Below are positions 53,696 through 62,721 of a stretch of DNA of 64,000 nt, piece after piece (positions within the stretch are counted from its first letter, which is position 1; every line of letters starts with the position of its first letter). The position numbers and the translations under genes are program-made. Origin of the DNA: an uncultured Pelagibacteraceae bacterium (GTDB taxonomy: Bacteria > Pseudomonadota > Alphaproteobacteria > Pelagibacterales > AG-422-B15). Location: positions 5,217-69,216 of the forward strand of contig CACIBF010000004.1 of assembly GCA_902584815.1 (NCBI GenBank), read 5' to 3'. The notes below the pieces were generated by a model, which saw only the letters and a program-made list of their open reading frames with translations, had not been told where the DNA came from and did not search any database.

Positions 53696-53801
53696 ATGGA
53701 CAGTAATTTTATATCATAAAAATTAAGCTTAGAAATTACATAACAATTATGAACAGGGATTTTATATCATAAAAATTAAGCTTAGAAATTACATAACAAT
53801 T
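53696..53801. repeat. Tandem direct duplication, 2 x 53 bp (50/53 identical), in the ureD/urtA divergent intergenic region
   Basis: Copy 1 (53696-53748) is atggacagtaattttatatcataaaaattaagcttagaaattacataacaatt. Copy 2 (53749-53801) is atgaacagggattttatatcataaaaattaagcttagaaattacataacaatt. The last 43 bp are identical. A possible degenerate partial copy lies just upstream (tataagtaattt). Confidence 0.95.
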
Positions 53802-53859
53802 TGGCAATATTAAATATTAGATACATTGATCATTTTAGTGAAAAATTATTTTATAAAAA

Positions 53860-55140
53860 ATGAAAGGATTAATAATGTTAAAAAAAATTATAATATCGAT
53901 CTCACTTATTCTTTTTAGTGTTTCGTCTTACGCAGATACAATTAAAGTTGGTATTCTACATTCGCTGTCAGGTACAATGGCAATATCTGAAACTACATTA
54001 AAAGATACAATGCTAATGTTGATCGAAGAGCAAAATGAAAAAGGTGGTTTACTTGGAAAGAAATTAGAAGCTGTGGTTGTTGACCCTGCTTCAAATTGGC
54101 CACTTTTTGCTGAAAAAGCTAGGGAATTAATTACTGTAAATGGTGTTGACGTTATGTTTGGATGCTGGACATCGGTTTCAAGAAAATCAGTCTTGCCAGT
54201 TATTGAAGAACTAAATGGACTTCTATTTTACCCCGTACAGTATGAAGGAGAAGAAAGTTCTAAAAATGTATTCTATACTGGAGCAGCTCCAAACCAACAA
54301 GCTATACCTGCTACAGACTATTATTTAGAAGAATTAGGAATTGAAAAATTTGCACTTCTTGGAACTGATTATGTTTATCCAAGAACTACAAATAAAATAT
54401 TGAATCAATACCTTATTGATAAAGGTATTTCTGAGTCAGATATATTTGTAAATTATACTCCTTTTGGTCATTCAGACTGGTCAAAGATTGTTGCTGATGT
54501 AGTAGCACTTGGGGCAGATGGTAAAAAAGTAGGAGTTATATCTACAATTAATGGTGATGCAAATATTGGATTCTACAAAGAGCTCGCAGCCGCTGGTGTT
54601 AATGCTGAAGATATTCCTGTAGTTGCATTTTCAGTTGGCGAGGAAGAGCTATCAGGGCTTGATACAACAAATTTAGTTGGCCACTTAGCAGCATGGAACT
54701 ATTTTCAATCTGCAGAGTCAGATCTAAATACAGCTTTCATTAAAAGCTGGAAAAGTAAAATGGGTTCTGAAAGGGTAACAAATGATCCAATGGAAGCTCA
54801 CGTTATTGGATTTAATATGTATGTAAAGGCTGTTGAAAAGGCTGGAACGACAGATATTGATGCAGTAAGAGATGCGATGTATGGAGTCAAAGTTCCAAAT
54901 CTTACTGGCGGTATAGCTGAGATGTTGCCAAATCATCATTTATCAAAACCAGTACTTATTGGTGAAATTCTAGAAAACGGGCAGTTTGATATCATAAGTC
55001 AAACAGCTGAAGTACCTGGAGATGCTTGGACTGATCATCTTCCAGAGTCAGCGATTCTTAAATCTGATTGGCAAAGTAAAGACTGTGGAATGATAAATAC
55101 TAATTTAGGTATTTGCGTTCAACAAAAATCAAACTACTAA
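53860..55140 (+). CDS. urtA: Urea ABC transporter substrate-binding protein UrtA
   Basis: A signal peptide is followed by TIKVGILHSLSGTMAISE. It has the type-I periplasmic binding fold and is first in urtABCDE. The start could instead be the Met at codon 6. Confidence 0.93.
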   Translation: MKGLIMLKKIIISISLILFSVSSYADTIKVGILHSLSGTMAISETTLKDTMLMLIEEQNEKGGLLGKKLEAVVVDPASNWPLFAEKARELITVNGVDVMFGCWTSVSRKSVLPVIEELNGLLFYPVQYEGEESSKNVFYTGAAPNQQAIPATDYYLEELGIEKFALLGTDYVYPRTTNKILNQYLIDKGISESDIFVNYTPFGHSDWSKIVADVVALGADGKKVGVISTINGDANIGFYKELAAAGVNAEDIPVVAFSVGEEELSGLDTTNLVGHLAAWNYFQSAESDLNTAFIKSWKSKMGSERVTNDPMEAHVIGFNMYVKAVEKAGTTDIDAVRDAMYGVKVPNLTGGIAEMLPNHHLSKPVLIGEILENGQFDIISQTAEVPGDAWTDHLPESAILKSDWQSKDCGMINTNLGICVQQKSNY

Positions 55141-55150
55141 ATATAGGATT

Positions 55151-55190
55151 AAAGCGCCGTAGAGAATGTCCAGCTCTTTGCGGCGTTTTT
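55151..55190 (+). terminator. Rho-independent terminator / attenuator between urtA and urtB
   Basis: The sequence is aaaGCGCCGTAGAGaatgtccagCTCTTTGCGGCGttttt. The GC-rich stem is about 10-11 bp including G:U pairs. A T5 tract ends 4 nt before the urtB ATG. Confidence 0.7.
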
Positions 55191-55194
55191 AAAA

Positions 55195-57210
55195 ATGAAA
55201 ATAAAGTTTTTCATATTGATACCTTTTTTGTTGGTGTTTAATTTTTCAGTTTTAGCTCACCATAATGAATTTGATTCATTTATAAATAACAACGCTGAAT
55301 TGATTATAAAAAGTTCTTCAAAAACTGTAGACACGGTTTTAAATAATATTCAAAAATTTGAGAGTCCTCTAGTATCTAATTTCTTAGAATTATGGAAACT
55401 AAAAAATCTTTATTTTATAAAAGAAACTCGAAAAATTATTTACATAAAAGAAAAGGGAGATTTAATTGAAGCATTTGAAATTGATGGGATCACTAAAATT
55501 GGAATTTATGACAAAAAAGAAATTAAAAAAATCAAGCCAAATAGTGGCGTAAGAGCCAAGATAGACACTTTACTTGTAAAATATCAAATATTTAATCCAG
55601 ATCTAACCGTAAGAAAAAAAAGTATAGCTAGCTTAAGTAGAAACATAGAACCTGATCATTTACCACTATTAAGAAAGGCTTCAAACTCAGAACAGAATAG
55701 CGAATTAAAAGATGAGATTGATAATCTTTTAAGATTTGCAGTCATTAAATATTCATCTTCAGAAGTTGAAAAATTAGACGTAATAAATTCTTTTGAGAAT
55801 AATACTAATATTGCAATAAGAGCTTCACTTAATCAGCTTTTGAATTCGTCAGATATTTTAGTGGCAGATACTTTGCCAGCTAACAAAAATATTGCCAGAG
55901 TAATAGTACCAGGATTAACCACCAAAGAAAGTAATGGATCGGCAGGTAGGATAGGTATTTTAAAAAGTGAAAAATATGAAATATCTATCAATTCTGCTTA
56001 TGATTTACTTTTTAAGAATAATCTGGTTAAAAAAAAAAGAGTTACGAAGGAAAATATAAAACTTTCTTTAAAACAAAATATTAAAGACAACAAAGTCGGT
56101 GAGTTTCCAGTTCATTCATTGAACGATGACAAAACCCGTTCTAGAGCTTATGAACAATTAGCTGCAAAAAATTTAGTTTCTCCATACGTTTCTGAAAATG
56201 AGATTGAAAAAGTTGTGAGTCAGTTTGTTTTTTATTCTTTATATCTAGAAGACTCATCGAATGTTACCAATGCTGCATTAAGAGTACTATCGAGTATTAA
56301 CCTTAGAGTACAGATCTATAAGTATATTGATTTATTTGTTGATGGGTTAAGTTTAGCGTCAATATATTTTCTTGGCGCTATAGGTTTAGCAATTACTTTT
56401 GGAGTCATGCGCGTTATAAATATGGCGCATGGTGAATTCATAATGATGGGAGCATATACAGGCTATGTTGTTCAACAATTCATTAGTAATCATACATTAT
56501 CTTTACTTATAGCTTTACCACTTGCATTCTTTGTTACATTTACTGCAGGCATCATTATGGAGAGATTGGTTATACGACATCTCTATAAAAAACCTTTGGA
56601 TACTCTTTTAGCCACATTTGGTATCAGCATTGCTCTTCAACAAATAGCAAAAAATATATTTGGAACCCAAGCTAGACCTCTTACTTCACCTTCGTGGCTT
56701 GATGGGTCGCTTAGCCTAAGTGATGATCTTTCAATCAGCTATATTAGGATAGCAATATTTATCTTAAGTTTGATATTCTTAGCTCTTCTTCTTTATGTAA
56801 TGAAACGTACAAGACTAGGCTTAGAAACAAGAGCTGTAACCCAAAATCCAATTATGGCGGCCAATATGGGAATTAATCCAGAGAGAATAAATATGATAAC
56901 TTTTGGATTTGGTTCAGGTATTGCGGGCATAGCTGGTATCGCTATCGGTCTTTTTTCAAAAGTAACGTCTGAATTAGGATCAGAGTATATTGTTCAGAGC
57001 TTTATGACTGTTGTTGTTGGGGGTGTTGGAAATATATGGGGAACATTGGCTGGAGCATCATTAATTGGCTTTCTTCAAAAATTTATTGAATGGTTTAACC
57101 CATCAAACACTCTTGCAGCCCAAACTTATATGATAATTTTTATAATTCTTTTTATCCAATTTAGACCGAAAGGGATAGTTGCATTAAAAGGTAGAGCTGC
57201 TGATGAGTAA
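55195..57210 (+). CDS. urtB: Urea ABC transporter permease UrtB with a ~375-aa N-terminal secreted/periplasmic extension
   Basis: The C-terminal ~295 aa are a LivH/UrtB-type permease (GLAITFGVMRVINMAHGEF...). The N-terminus has a signal peptide (FFILIPFLLVFNFSVLA) and then a long soluble region with HEAT-like segments (DLTVRKKSIASLSRNIEPDHLPLLRKASNSEQNSELKDEI). Confidence 0.9.
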   Translation: MKIKFFILIPFLLVFNFSVLAHHNEFDSFINNNAELIIKSSSKTVDTVLNNIQKFESPLVSNFLELWKLKNLYFIKETRKIIYIKEKGDLIEAFEIDGITKIGIYDKKEIKKIKPNSGVRAKIDTLLVKYQIFNPDLTVRKKSIASLSRNIEPDHLPLLRKASNSEQNSELKDEIDNLLRFAVIKYSSSEVEKLDVINSFENNTNIAIRASLNQLLNSSDILVADTLPANKNIARVIVPGLTTKESNGSAGRIGILKSEKYEISINSAYDLLFKNNLVKKKRVTKENIKLSLKQNIKDNKVGEFPVHSLNDDKTRSRAYEQLAAKNLVSPYVSENEIEKVVSQFVFYSLYLEDSSNVTNAALRVLSSINLRVQIYKYIDLFVDGLSLASIYFLGAIGLAITFGVMRVINMAHGEFIMMGAYTGYVVQQFISNHTLSLLIALPLAFFVTFTAGIIMERLVIRHLYKKPLDTLLATFGISIALQQIAKNIFGTQARPLTSPSWLDGSLSLSDDLSISYIRIAIFILSLIFLALLLYVMKRTRLGLETRAVTQNPIMAANMGINPERINMITFGFGSGIAGIAGIAIGLFSKVTSELGSEYIVQSFMTVVVGGVGNIWGTLAGASLIGFLQKFIEWFNPSNTLAAQTYMIIFIILFIQFRPKGIVALKGRAADE

Positions 57211-58372
57211 CTATATCAGTAATATTGCACATAGGCATATGTTGATATTTATAATCGCTATTTCTATCTTCTCTCTTTTTGTAACTTTTTTAAGTGAGCC
57301 ATACGGTAATGGCTTAATCTCAACAAGTTTCGTTAAGACGTTAGGAAAAACCGTTTGCCTTTGCATCATTGCGCTTGCAATGGATATTGTTTGGGGCTAC
57401 TGCGGTATATTATCTCTTGGACATTTTGCTTTTTTTGGGCTGGGCGGATATATGATCGGGATGTGGCTCATGTATGAAAGAACTTCTATAATTGTAATAG
57501 AGTCTTCCGTTTCAGAGTTATTGCCCTTGACTGAGACCGAGTTATCAGCTGCAATTGGTAATCAAATATTTGGTGTGGTTGGTGGTTATGAGATACCTGC
57601 CATATGGATGTTTGCAGATAATCTATTAATCCAGTTATTTCTTGTAGTAGCTGTGCCAGGTGTTTTAGCATTTATTTTTGGCTGGCTTGCATTTCGATCA
57701 AGAGTAACCGGAGTTTACTTATCAATTTTAACTCAAGCTATGACGCTAGCGTTATCACTATACTTATTTCAAAATGATAGTGGGTTAAGAGGTAACAATG
57801 GCTTATCCGGGTTACAAAATATTCCTGGCCTTGAATATTTAGGTCAACAGATTATCTCAATTTGGTTTTTTTGGATCAGTTGTATTTTTTTATTAATTAT
57901 TTTTTTAATTTTTTATCTTTTAATACATAGTAAATTTGGATTGATAATAACATCTATAAGAGATAATGAAACAAGGGTAAGGTTTCTTGGATATAATGTT
58001 GAAATATATAAACTATTTGTTTTCGTTTTAACTGCAATTGTATCAAGTATTGCCGGAGCATTATATTATCCTCAAGCTGGAATTATTAATCCTGCAGAAT
58101 TAGCTCCGATAGCATCTATATATCTTGCAGTCTGGGTTGCTATTGGTGGAAGAGGAACATTGTATGGAGCAATGATTGGAGCAGCAACGGTTTCTTTGTT
58201 TTCATCTTGGTTCACTGGAGGACAAGCTCCAGATATATCTTTTGGTATATTGAATATTGAGTGGGTGAATTGGTGGACTGTTTTATTGGGATTTGGTTTT
58301 GTAGTTATAACAATTTTTAGTGAAAATGGATTATTAGGTTTGGTAAAAAAAATTTTCGTGAGTGAAAAATGA
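57203..58372 (+). CDS. urtC: Urea ABC transporter permease UrtC
   Basis: 389 aa. It is a LivM/UrtC-type polytopic permease (GILSLGHFAFFGLGGY, IRDNETRVRFLGYN). Confidence 0.93.
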   Translation: MSNYISNIAHRHMLIFIIAISIFSLFVTFLSEPYGNGLISTSFVKTLGKTVCLCIIALAMDIVWGYCGILSLGHFAFFGLGGYMIGMWLMYERTSIIVIESSVSELLPLTETELSAAIGNQIFGVVGGYEIPAIWMFADNLLIQLFLVVAVPGVLAFIFGWLAFRSRVTGVYLSILTQAMTLALSLYLFQNDSGLRGNNGLSGLQNIPGLEYLGQQIISIWFFWISCIFLLIIFLIFYLLIHSKFGLIITSIRDNETRVRFLGYNVEIYKLFVFVLTAIVSSIAGALYYPQAGIINPAELAPIASIYLAVWVAIGGRGTLYGAMIGAATVSLFSSWFTGGQAPDISFGILNIEWVNWWTVLLGFGFVVITIFSENGLLGLVKKIFVSEK

Positions 58373-59151
58373 GTACTTTATTAAAAGTTGAAAAAATTTC
58401 GGTTACTTTTGATGGGTTTAAAGCAATTAACAATTTAAGTTATTCCATCGAAAAAAGTGAGCTTAAAGCAATCATAGGTCCAAATGGTGCAGGAAAAACA
58501 ACATTTATGGATATCATTACAGGTCAAACAAAACCAAATGAAGGCAAAGTCTTATTCGGTAAGAGAGAGGTATGGCTAGAAAGTGATCAAAAATACCAAA
58601 CAATTTGGGAAGAAAACCTTCTTAGTAAAAATGAATCACAGATCGCGCTACTTGGAATAGGAAGAAAATTTCAAAGACCTACAGTTTTTGAATTAAAATC
58701 AGTATTTGAAAATTTAACTATTTCCCTAAAAAAAAATCGAAATCCTTTCAATGTATTATTCCAAAAAATTTCTAATGAGGAATATGAAAAAATAGAAAAA
58801 ATATTAAATGAGATAAATTTAGATATTGAGAAAAATAGGGTTGCTGGAGAATTATCTCATGGACAAAAGCAATGGCTAGAAATTGGTATGTTATTAACTC
58901 AAGATCCTAAATTACTTCTTATTGATGAACCTGCTGCTGGTATGACAGTTAACGAAAGGAAGAAAACTGTACAAATACTTCGAAAATTGTCATCAGACAA
59001 ATCTGTTATTGTTGTTGAGCATGATATGGAATTTGTAAAGGATCTTGAATGTGAGGTAACAGTTCTGCATGAAGGAAAAATACTTGCTGAAGGTTCCATT
59101 GAAAGCGTTTCATCAGATAAAAATGTCGTAGAAGTGTACCTTGGAAGGTGA
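58369..59151 (+). CDS. urtD: Urea ABC transporter ATP-binding protein UrtD
   Basis: Walker A is GPNGAGKTT. The UrtD block is GIGRKFQRPTVFE. The signature is LSHGQKQWLEIGMLL and Walker B is LLIDEPAAGM. Confidence 0.93.
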   Translation: MSTLLKVEKISVTFDGFKAINNLSYSIEKSELKAIIGPNGAGKTTFMDIITGQTKPNEGKVLFGKREVWLESDQKYQTIWEENLLSKNESQIALLGIGRKFQRPTVFELKSVFENLTISLKKNRNPFNVLFQKISNEEYEKIEKILNEINLDIEKNRVAGELSHGQKQWLEIGMLLTQDPKLLLIDEPAAGMTVNERKKTVQILRKLSSDKSVIVVEHDMEFVKDLECEVTVLHEGKILAEGSIESVSSDKNVVEVYLGR

Positions 59152-59154
59152 TAA

Positions 59155-59850
59155 ATGATTAAAGTAGATGATATCGATTTTTATTATGGTTCTTCTCAGA
59201 TATTATATAATGTATCTCTGAATGCTGAAGATAATGAAATAACTTGTTTAATGGGATCAAACGGAGTTGGTAAAACTTCTTTATTAAAATTTTTGTCAGG
59301 AATTTATCCCGTAAATAAAGGCAATTATTACTTTGATAGAAGTGATGTAACAAATACTAATTCATACACACTTGCAAAGAAAGGCATAGGATATGTTCCT
59401 CAAGGTAGACTGATATTTCCTCTACTTTCAGTAAAAGAAAATTTAGAAACTGGCTTTGCTTGTCTTGATAAAGAAGAGCATTTTATACCAGATAAAATAT
59501 TTGAACTGTTTCCTGTTTTAAAACAAATGATAGGAAGAAGGGGAGGAGATTTGTCTGGAGGTCAGCAGCAACAACTAGCTATAGCAAGAGCATTAATTTC
59601 AAAGCCTAAAATGTTATTAATGGATGAACCTACAGAGGGTATTCAACCAAATATCATTCAGCAAATCGGTGAAGTAATTAAATACTTAAAAAGTGATCAG
59701 GGAATGACAATTTTTTTAGTTGAACAATACTTTGATTTTGCATTTGACTTAGCTGATCATATATATGTTATGAAAAGAGGAAGAATCATAAAGGATGTTA
59801 GAAAAGATTCACTGAATAAATCAGACTTTAAAAAAGAGATTTCAATTTGA
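59155..59850 (+). CDS. urtE: Urea ABC transporter ATP-binding protein UrtE
   Basis: Walker A is GSNGVGKTS. The signature is LSGGQQQQLAIARAL and Walker B is LLMDEPTEGIQP. Confidence 0.93.
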   Translation: MIKVDDIDFYYGSSQILYNVSLNAEDNEITCLMGSNGVGKTSLLKFLSGIYPVNKGNYYFDRSDVTNTNSYTLAKKGIGYVPQGRLIFPLLSVKENLETGFACLDKEEHFIPDKIFELFPVLKQMIGRRGGDLSGGQQQQLAIARALISKPKMLLMDEPTEGIQPNIIQQIGEVIKYLKSDQGMTIFLVEQYFDFAFDLADHIYVMKRGRIIKDVRKDSLNKSDFKKEISI

Positions 59851-59860
59851 AATATATTAA

Positions 59861-61339
59861 TTATCTTATTTTAAAAGGATCTTCTGTAACTCTTGCGTTT
59901 GAAGTCCATATTGTTTTTTTAATCTGCATATCAGAAATTGCATCAGCTCCACTCTCGCGACCATAACCACTATTCTTACGTCCACCAAAACTTGCAGCAT
60001 ACGATATGAATCTATAACAGTTCTTAAAGCAGATACCAGCATCGAGAGCCTTACTCACTCGGTCACATTTTTCTGGATCTTCTGAAAATACTCCTGATGA
60101 CAGGCCATAATCATTGTCATTCGCGATCTGAAGAGCTTCCTCTTCAGTTTTGAATTTAATTACTGATAGAATTGGCCCAAAAAGCTCAGTATTTGCAGTA
60201 CTTATCGACCGATCAGGACACTCGATGATTGTTGGTAAGAAATAGCATCCCTCAGAAAATTCTGGTGCTTTTGTTCCTCCACAAATAACTTTTGCACCTT
60301 GTTCAACAGACTGTTTAATATTTTTTTCAATGAACTCAACTTGTTTGTTATTGTTCAACGGGCCCATTTGTGATTCTTCATCTAATGGTGAACCTAATTT
60401 TATTTTCTTTGCACGTTCAGTTAATTGATCAAGGAACGTATCATAAATAGTGTCTTGTAAAACTAAAACTGATCCCGCAATACAGCTACACCCATTACCA
60501 GAAAAGATTGCAGTAGTAATATTATTTAATGCATTCTCAACATCTGCATCATCGAAAACAACAACTGGGGATTTTCCTCCTAATTCTAGCGTCAGTGATG
60601 CATAGTTTTCTGCTGAGTTTCTAATCACGTGTGAAGCAGTTGAAGTTCCACCAGTAAATAGAATTTTACCAACATCTTTATGAGATGTTAGTAATCGTCC
60701 AACTTCTGCACCACCACTAATAATATTAATGACTCCTTTTGGAAGACCGGTATCGTGCACTAACTTTGCAAATTCAATTAAAGGTGCTGGAGCTAGTTCA
60801 GATGATTTCATAACAACTGTATTTCCTGCAGCTAAAGCTGGAGCAACTTTTGTAGCCATTAAAAACATTTGAGAATTCCATGGAATAATACATGCAATGA
60901 CACCTATTGGCTCCCGAACTTCGACAACTTCCATATTAGGCTTATCAATGTTGGGTATAGGAGTTTCATTATTCATACTTTCTGCTAAGTCAGCATAATA
61001 ATAAAAATATTCCTTCATATATTCAGACTGAAACTTTGTTTCTTTTAGTAACTTGCCACTATCAATAGACTCCGTTTTGCCAAGCAGCTCTGCATTTTCA
61101 AACATCTTGTCGCCAATGGCTCTTAAATATTTAGCACGTTCAGCAACTGAAGTTTTTGACCAATGATCATTGAAGGCATTCTTTGCTGATTGAACAGAAC
61201 GTTCAACATCACTCTCTGATGCATCAGGAAATGTAGCCCATGGTTGATTGTTTTCAGGATTTAAACTTTCAAAACGCTGATTATGTTCAGCTCCAACAAA
61301 ACTTCCATCAATATACATATCGTATTCTGTTAAGCTCAT
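59861..61339 (-). CDS. NAD(P)-dependent aldehyde dehydrogenase
   Basis: 492 aa. The ALDH motifs are IIPWNSQ, FTGGTSTASHV and LELGGKSP. The Cys region is GNGCSCIAGS and the EL/EEFGP-like block is TELFGPIL. The substrate is unknown. Confidence 0.9.
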   Translation of the reverse strand: MSLTEYDMYIDGSFVGAEHNQRFESLNPENNQPWATFPDASESDVERSVQSAKNAFNDHWSKTSVAERAKYLRAIGDKMFENAELLGKTESIDSGKLLKETKFQSEYMKEYFYYYADLAESMNNETPIPNIDKPNMEVVEVREPIGVIACIIPWNSQMFLMATKVAPALAAGNTVVMKSSELAPAPLIEFAKLVHDTGLPKGVINIISGGAEVGRLLTSHKDVGKILFTGGTSTASHVIRNSAENYASLTLELGGKSPVVVFDDADVENALNNITTAIFSGNGCSCIAGSVLVLQDTIYDTFLDQLTERAKKIKLGSPLDEESQMGPLNNNKQVEFIEKNIKQSVEQGAKVICGGTKAPEFSEGCYFLPTIIECPDRSISTANTELFGPILSVIKFKTEEEALQIANDNDYGLSSGVFSEDPEKCDRVSKALDAGICFKNCYRFISYAASFGGRKNSGYGRESGADAISDMQIKKTIWTSNARVTEDPFKIR

Positions 61340-62127
61340 TACATTCCTTCAATAAAATTACTAAACACTTTATTCACTTCTTCAGCACATTCAATTCCAA
61401 CCATATGTTTACCTTGATCAAAAATAACGACTTTGCTCTTTTCAATAACATCGCCCAGTTGATTAGACATTTCAGGCGTAGACCCTACATCTCCATGAGC
61501 TGTACAAACAAGAGTTTCAGCTTCTATTTGACTAAAATCAATCAATTTATCCTCAAAATGCGCGAATAATTTGTATGACTTTAGAAAGTCCTCATGGTTG
61601 TTGCTAGATAAAATATCAGTGATTTTTTTAACTATTTCAGTATTAAACGATAAGTAATCTTGATTAAACCAGCGATCCAATTGCTTTGGTGCGTTTAAAT
61701 AAGTTTCTTTGACATCAATAAAACGTTCAGCTGCATTTTTTTTCTGCTCTTCAGTACGATTAAAAATAGTTCCAAACAAAACTGTTTTCAAAACATTGTT
61801 TTTTCTTGTCGATGAAAAATGAGCCGCAATGAGTCCCCCAAGACTAAATCCAATAATTATGACCTTTTGAATTTTTAAAATTTGTAATAATCCTTCAATT
61901 TGATTTGAAAAATCTTCAAAGCTTACTTCATCTAAAATACATGTTGATAATCCGTGACCAATTAGATCATAGGTAATTGTCGTTTGATCTTTAAAAAATT
62001 TTGTTTGCGGTTCCCAAATACTATGATCAAGTCCAACGCCATGAATAAATAAGATTGGCGTCGTTCCCTCTACTTTATTTATTTGATAATACGTTCCTTG
62101 ATCATCAAGGCCTTCACGAAATGACAT
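61339..62127 (-). CDS. Alpha/beta hydrolase (enol-lactonase/esterase-like)
   Basis: The oxyanion region is ILFIHGVGLD. The nucleophile elbow is GFSLGG. There is a C-terminal His (KHMVGIE). Its stop overlaps the ALDH start by 1 nt. Confidence 0.8.
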   Translation of the reverse strand: MSFREGLDDQGTYYQINKVEGTTPILFIHGVGLDHSIWEPQTKFFKDQTTITYDLIGHGLSTCILDEVSFEDFSNQIEGLLQILKIQKVIIIGFSLGGLIAAHFSSTRKNNVLKTVLFGTIFNRTEEQKKNAAERFIDVKETYLNAPKQLDRWFNQDYLSFNTEIVKKITDILSSNNHEDFLKSYKLFAHFEDKLIDFSQIEAETLVCTAHGDVGSTPEMSNQLGDVIEKSKVVIFDQGKHMVGIECAEEVNKVFSNFIEGM

Positions 62128-62130
62128 GAA

Positions 62131-62712
62131 TTACTTCAGACCCATTTCCTTTTCATCTTCATAACGATTACCGATACGATGATGGGCTTGAGGAGTTGTA
62201 CTTGCACCAATGGCAATAACAAGTTCAGCAGGTCCTGGTGCATCATGAATTGTAAACTCATGTGTTAAATAAAATTGTCTTAAACCAGGATCAGTTTTGT
62301 GCATCATTGGAATAGACATTTTTGAAGCTGCAAGTCCTCTAACATTAGTAAACGATAGGTAAGATGTTCCGCCAACTGCATCTCTAAACTTATTACCAAA
62401 ATGTAATGTGTGTATTAGCGCACTTGCGTGCTGAATGCTTCCTCGCATACCAGTCATACTAGCTTTACCATAAGCAAGAACTTTATCTGGCGATCCAATC
62501 TCATTTAATAATTCGCCTACTAAAAAATCACCAAGCTTTGGAGCAATATCTAAGATTACTGGCTTTAAATCTTCAACATAACCTTGGTCAACCCAAGGGT
62601 TTGTAATAACAGCTGCAACAGAAATAAGCTCCACTGGCTCTTCACATTTTTTAAAGTCTTCAATGTATGTTGTATCAACGAACTTACACATCTTCCTGAT
62701 TTCAAGCGTCAT
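62131..62712 (-). CDS. Amino-acid-synthesis family protein (AA_synth / DUF1185-like)
   Basis: 193 aa. The blocks AAVITNPW...YVEDL, AYGKASMTG..G..QHASALIHT and DAPGPAELVIAIGAST...HHRIG match the family as I recall it. Confidence 0.65.
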   Translation of the reverse strand: MTLEIRKMCKFVDTTYIEDFKKCEEPVELISVAAVITNPWVDQGYVEDLKPVILDIAPKLGDFLVGELLNEIGSPDKVLAYGKASMTGMRGSIQHASALIHTLHFGNKFRDAVGGTSYLSFTNVRGLAASKMSIPMMHKTDPGLRQFYLTHEFTIHDAPGPAELVIAIGASTTPQAHHRIGNRYEDEKEMGLK

Positions 62713-62721
62713 ATTATTATC

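Noticed and set aside
53696-53772. Seven-codon mini-ORFs (MDSNFIS*, MNRDFIS*) start each tandem repeat copy and could be leader peptides.
   Set aside because: They are too short, have no ribosome-binding context, and ATG...TAA within 24 nt is expected by chance in AT-rich DNA. They are mentioned only as a side note in the repeat finding.
53696-53801. I considered whether the 53-bp repeats could be a minimal CRISPR array or a mobile-element terminus.
   Set aside because: There are only two copies. They are directly adjacent with no spacer between them. No cas genes, transposase or inverted termini lie nearby. It is a simple tandem duplication.
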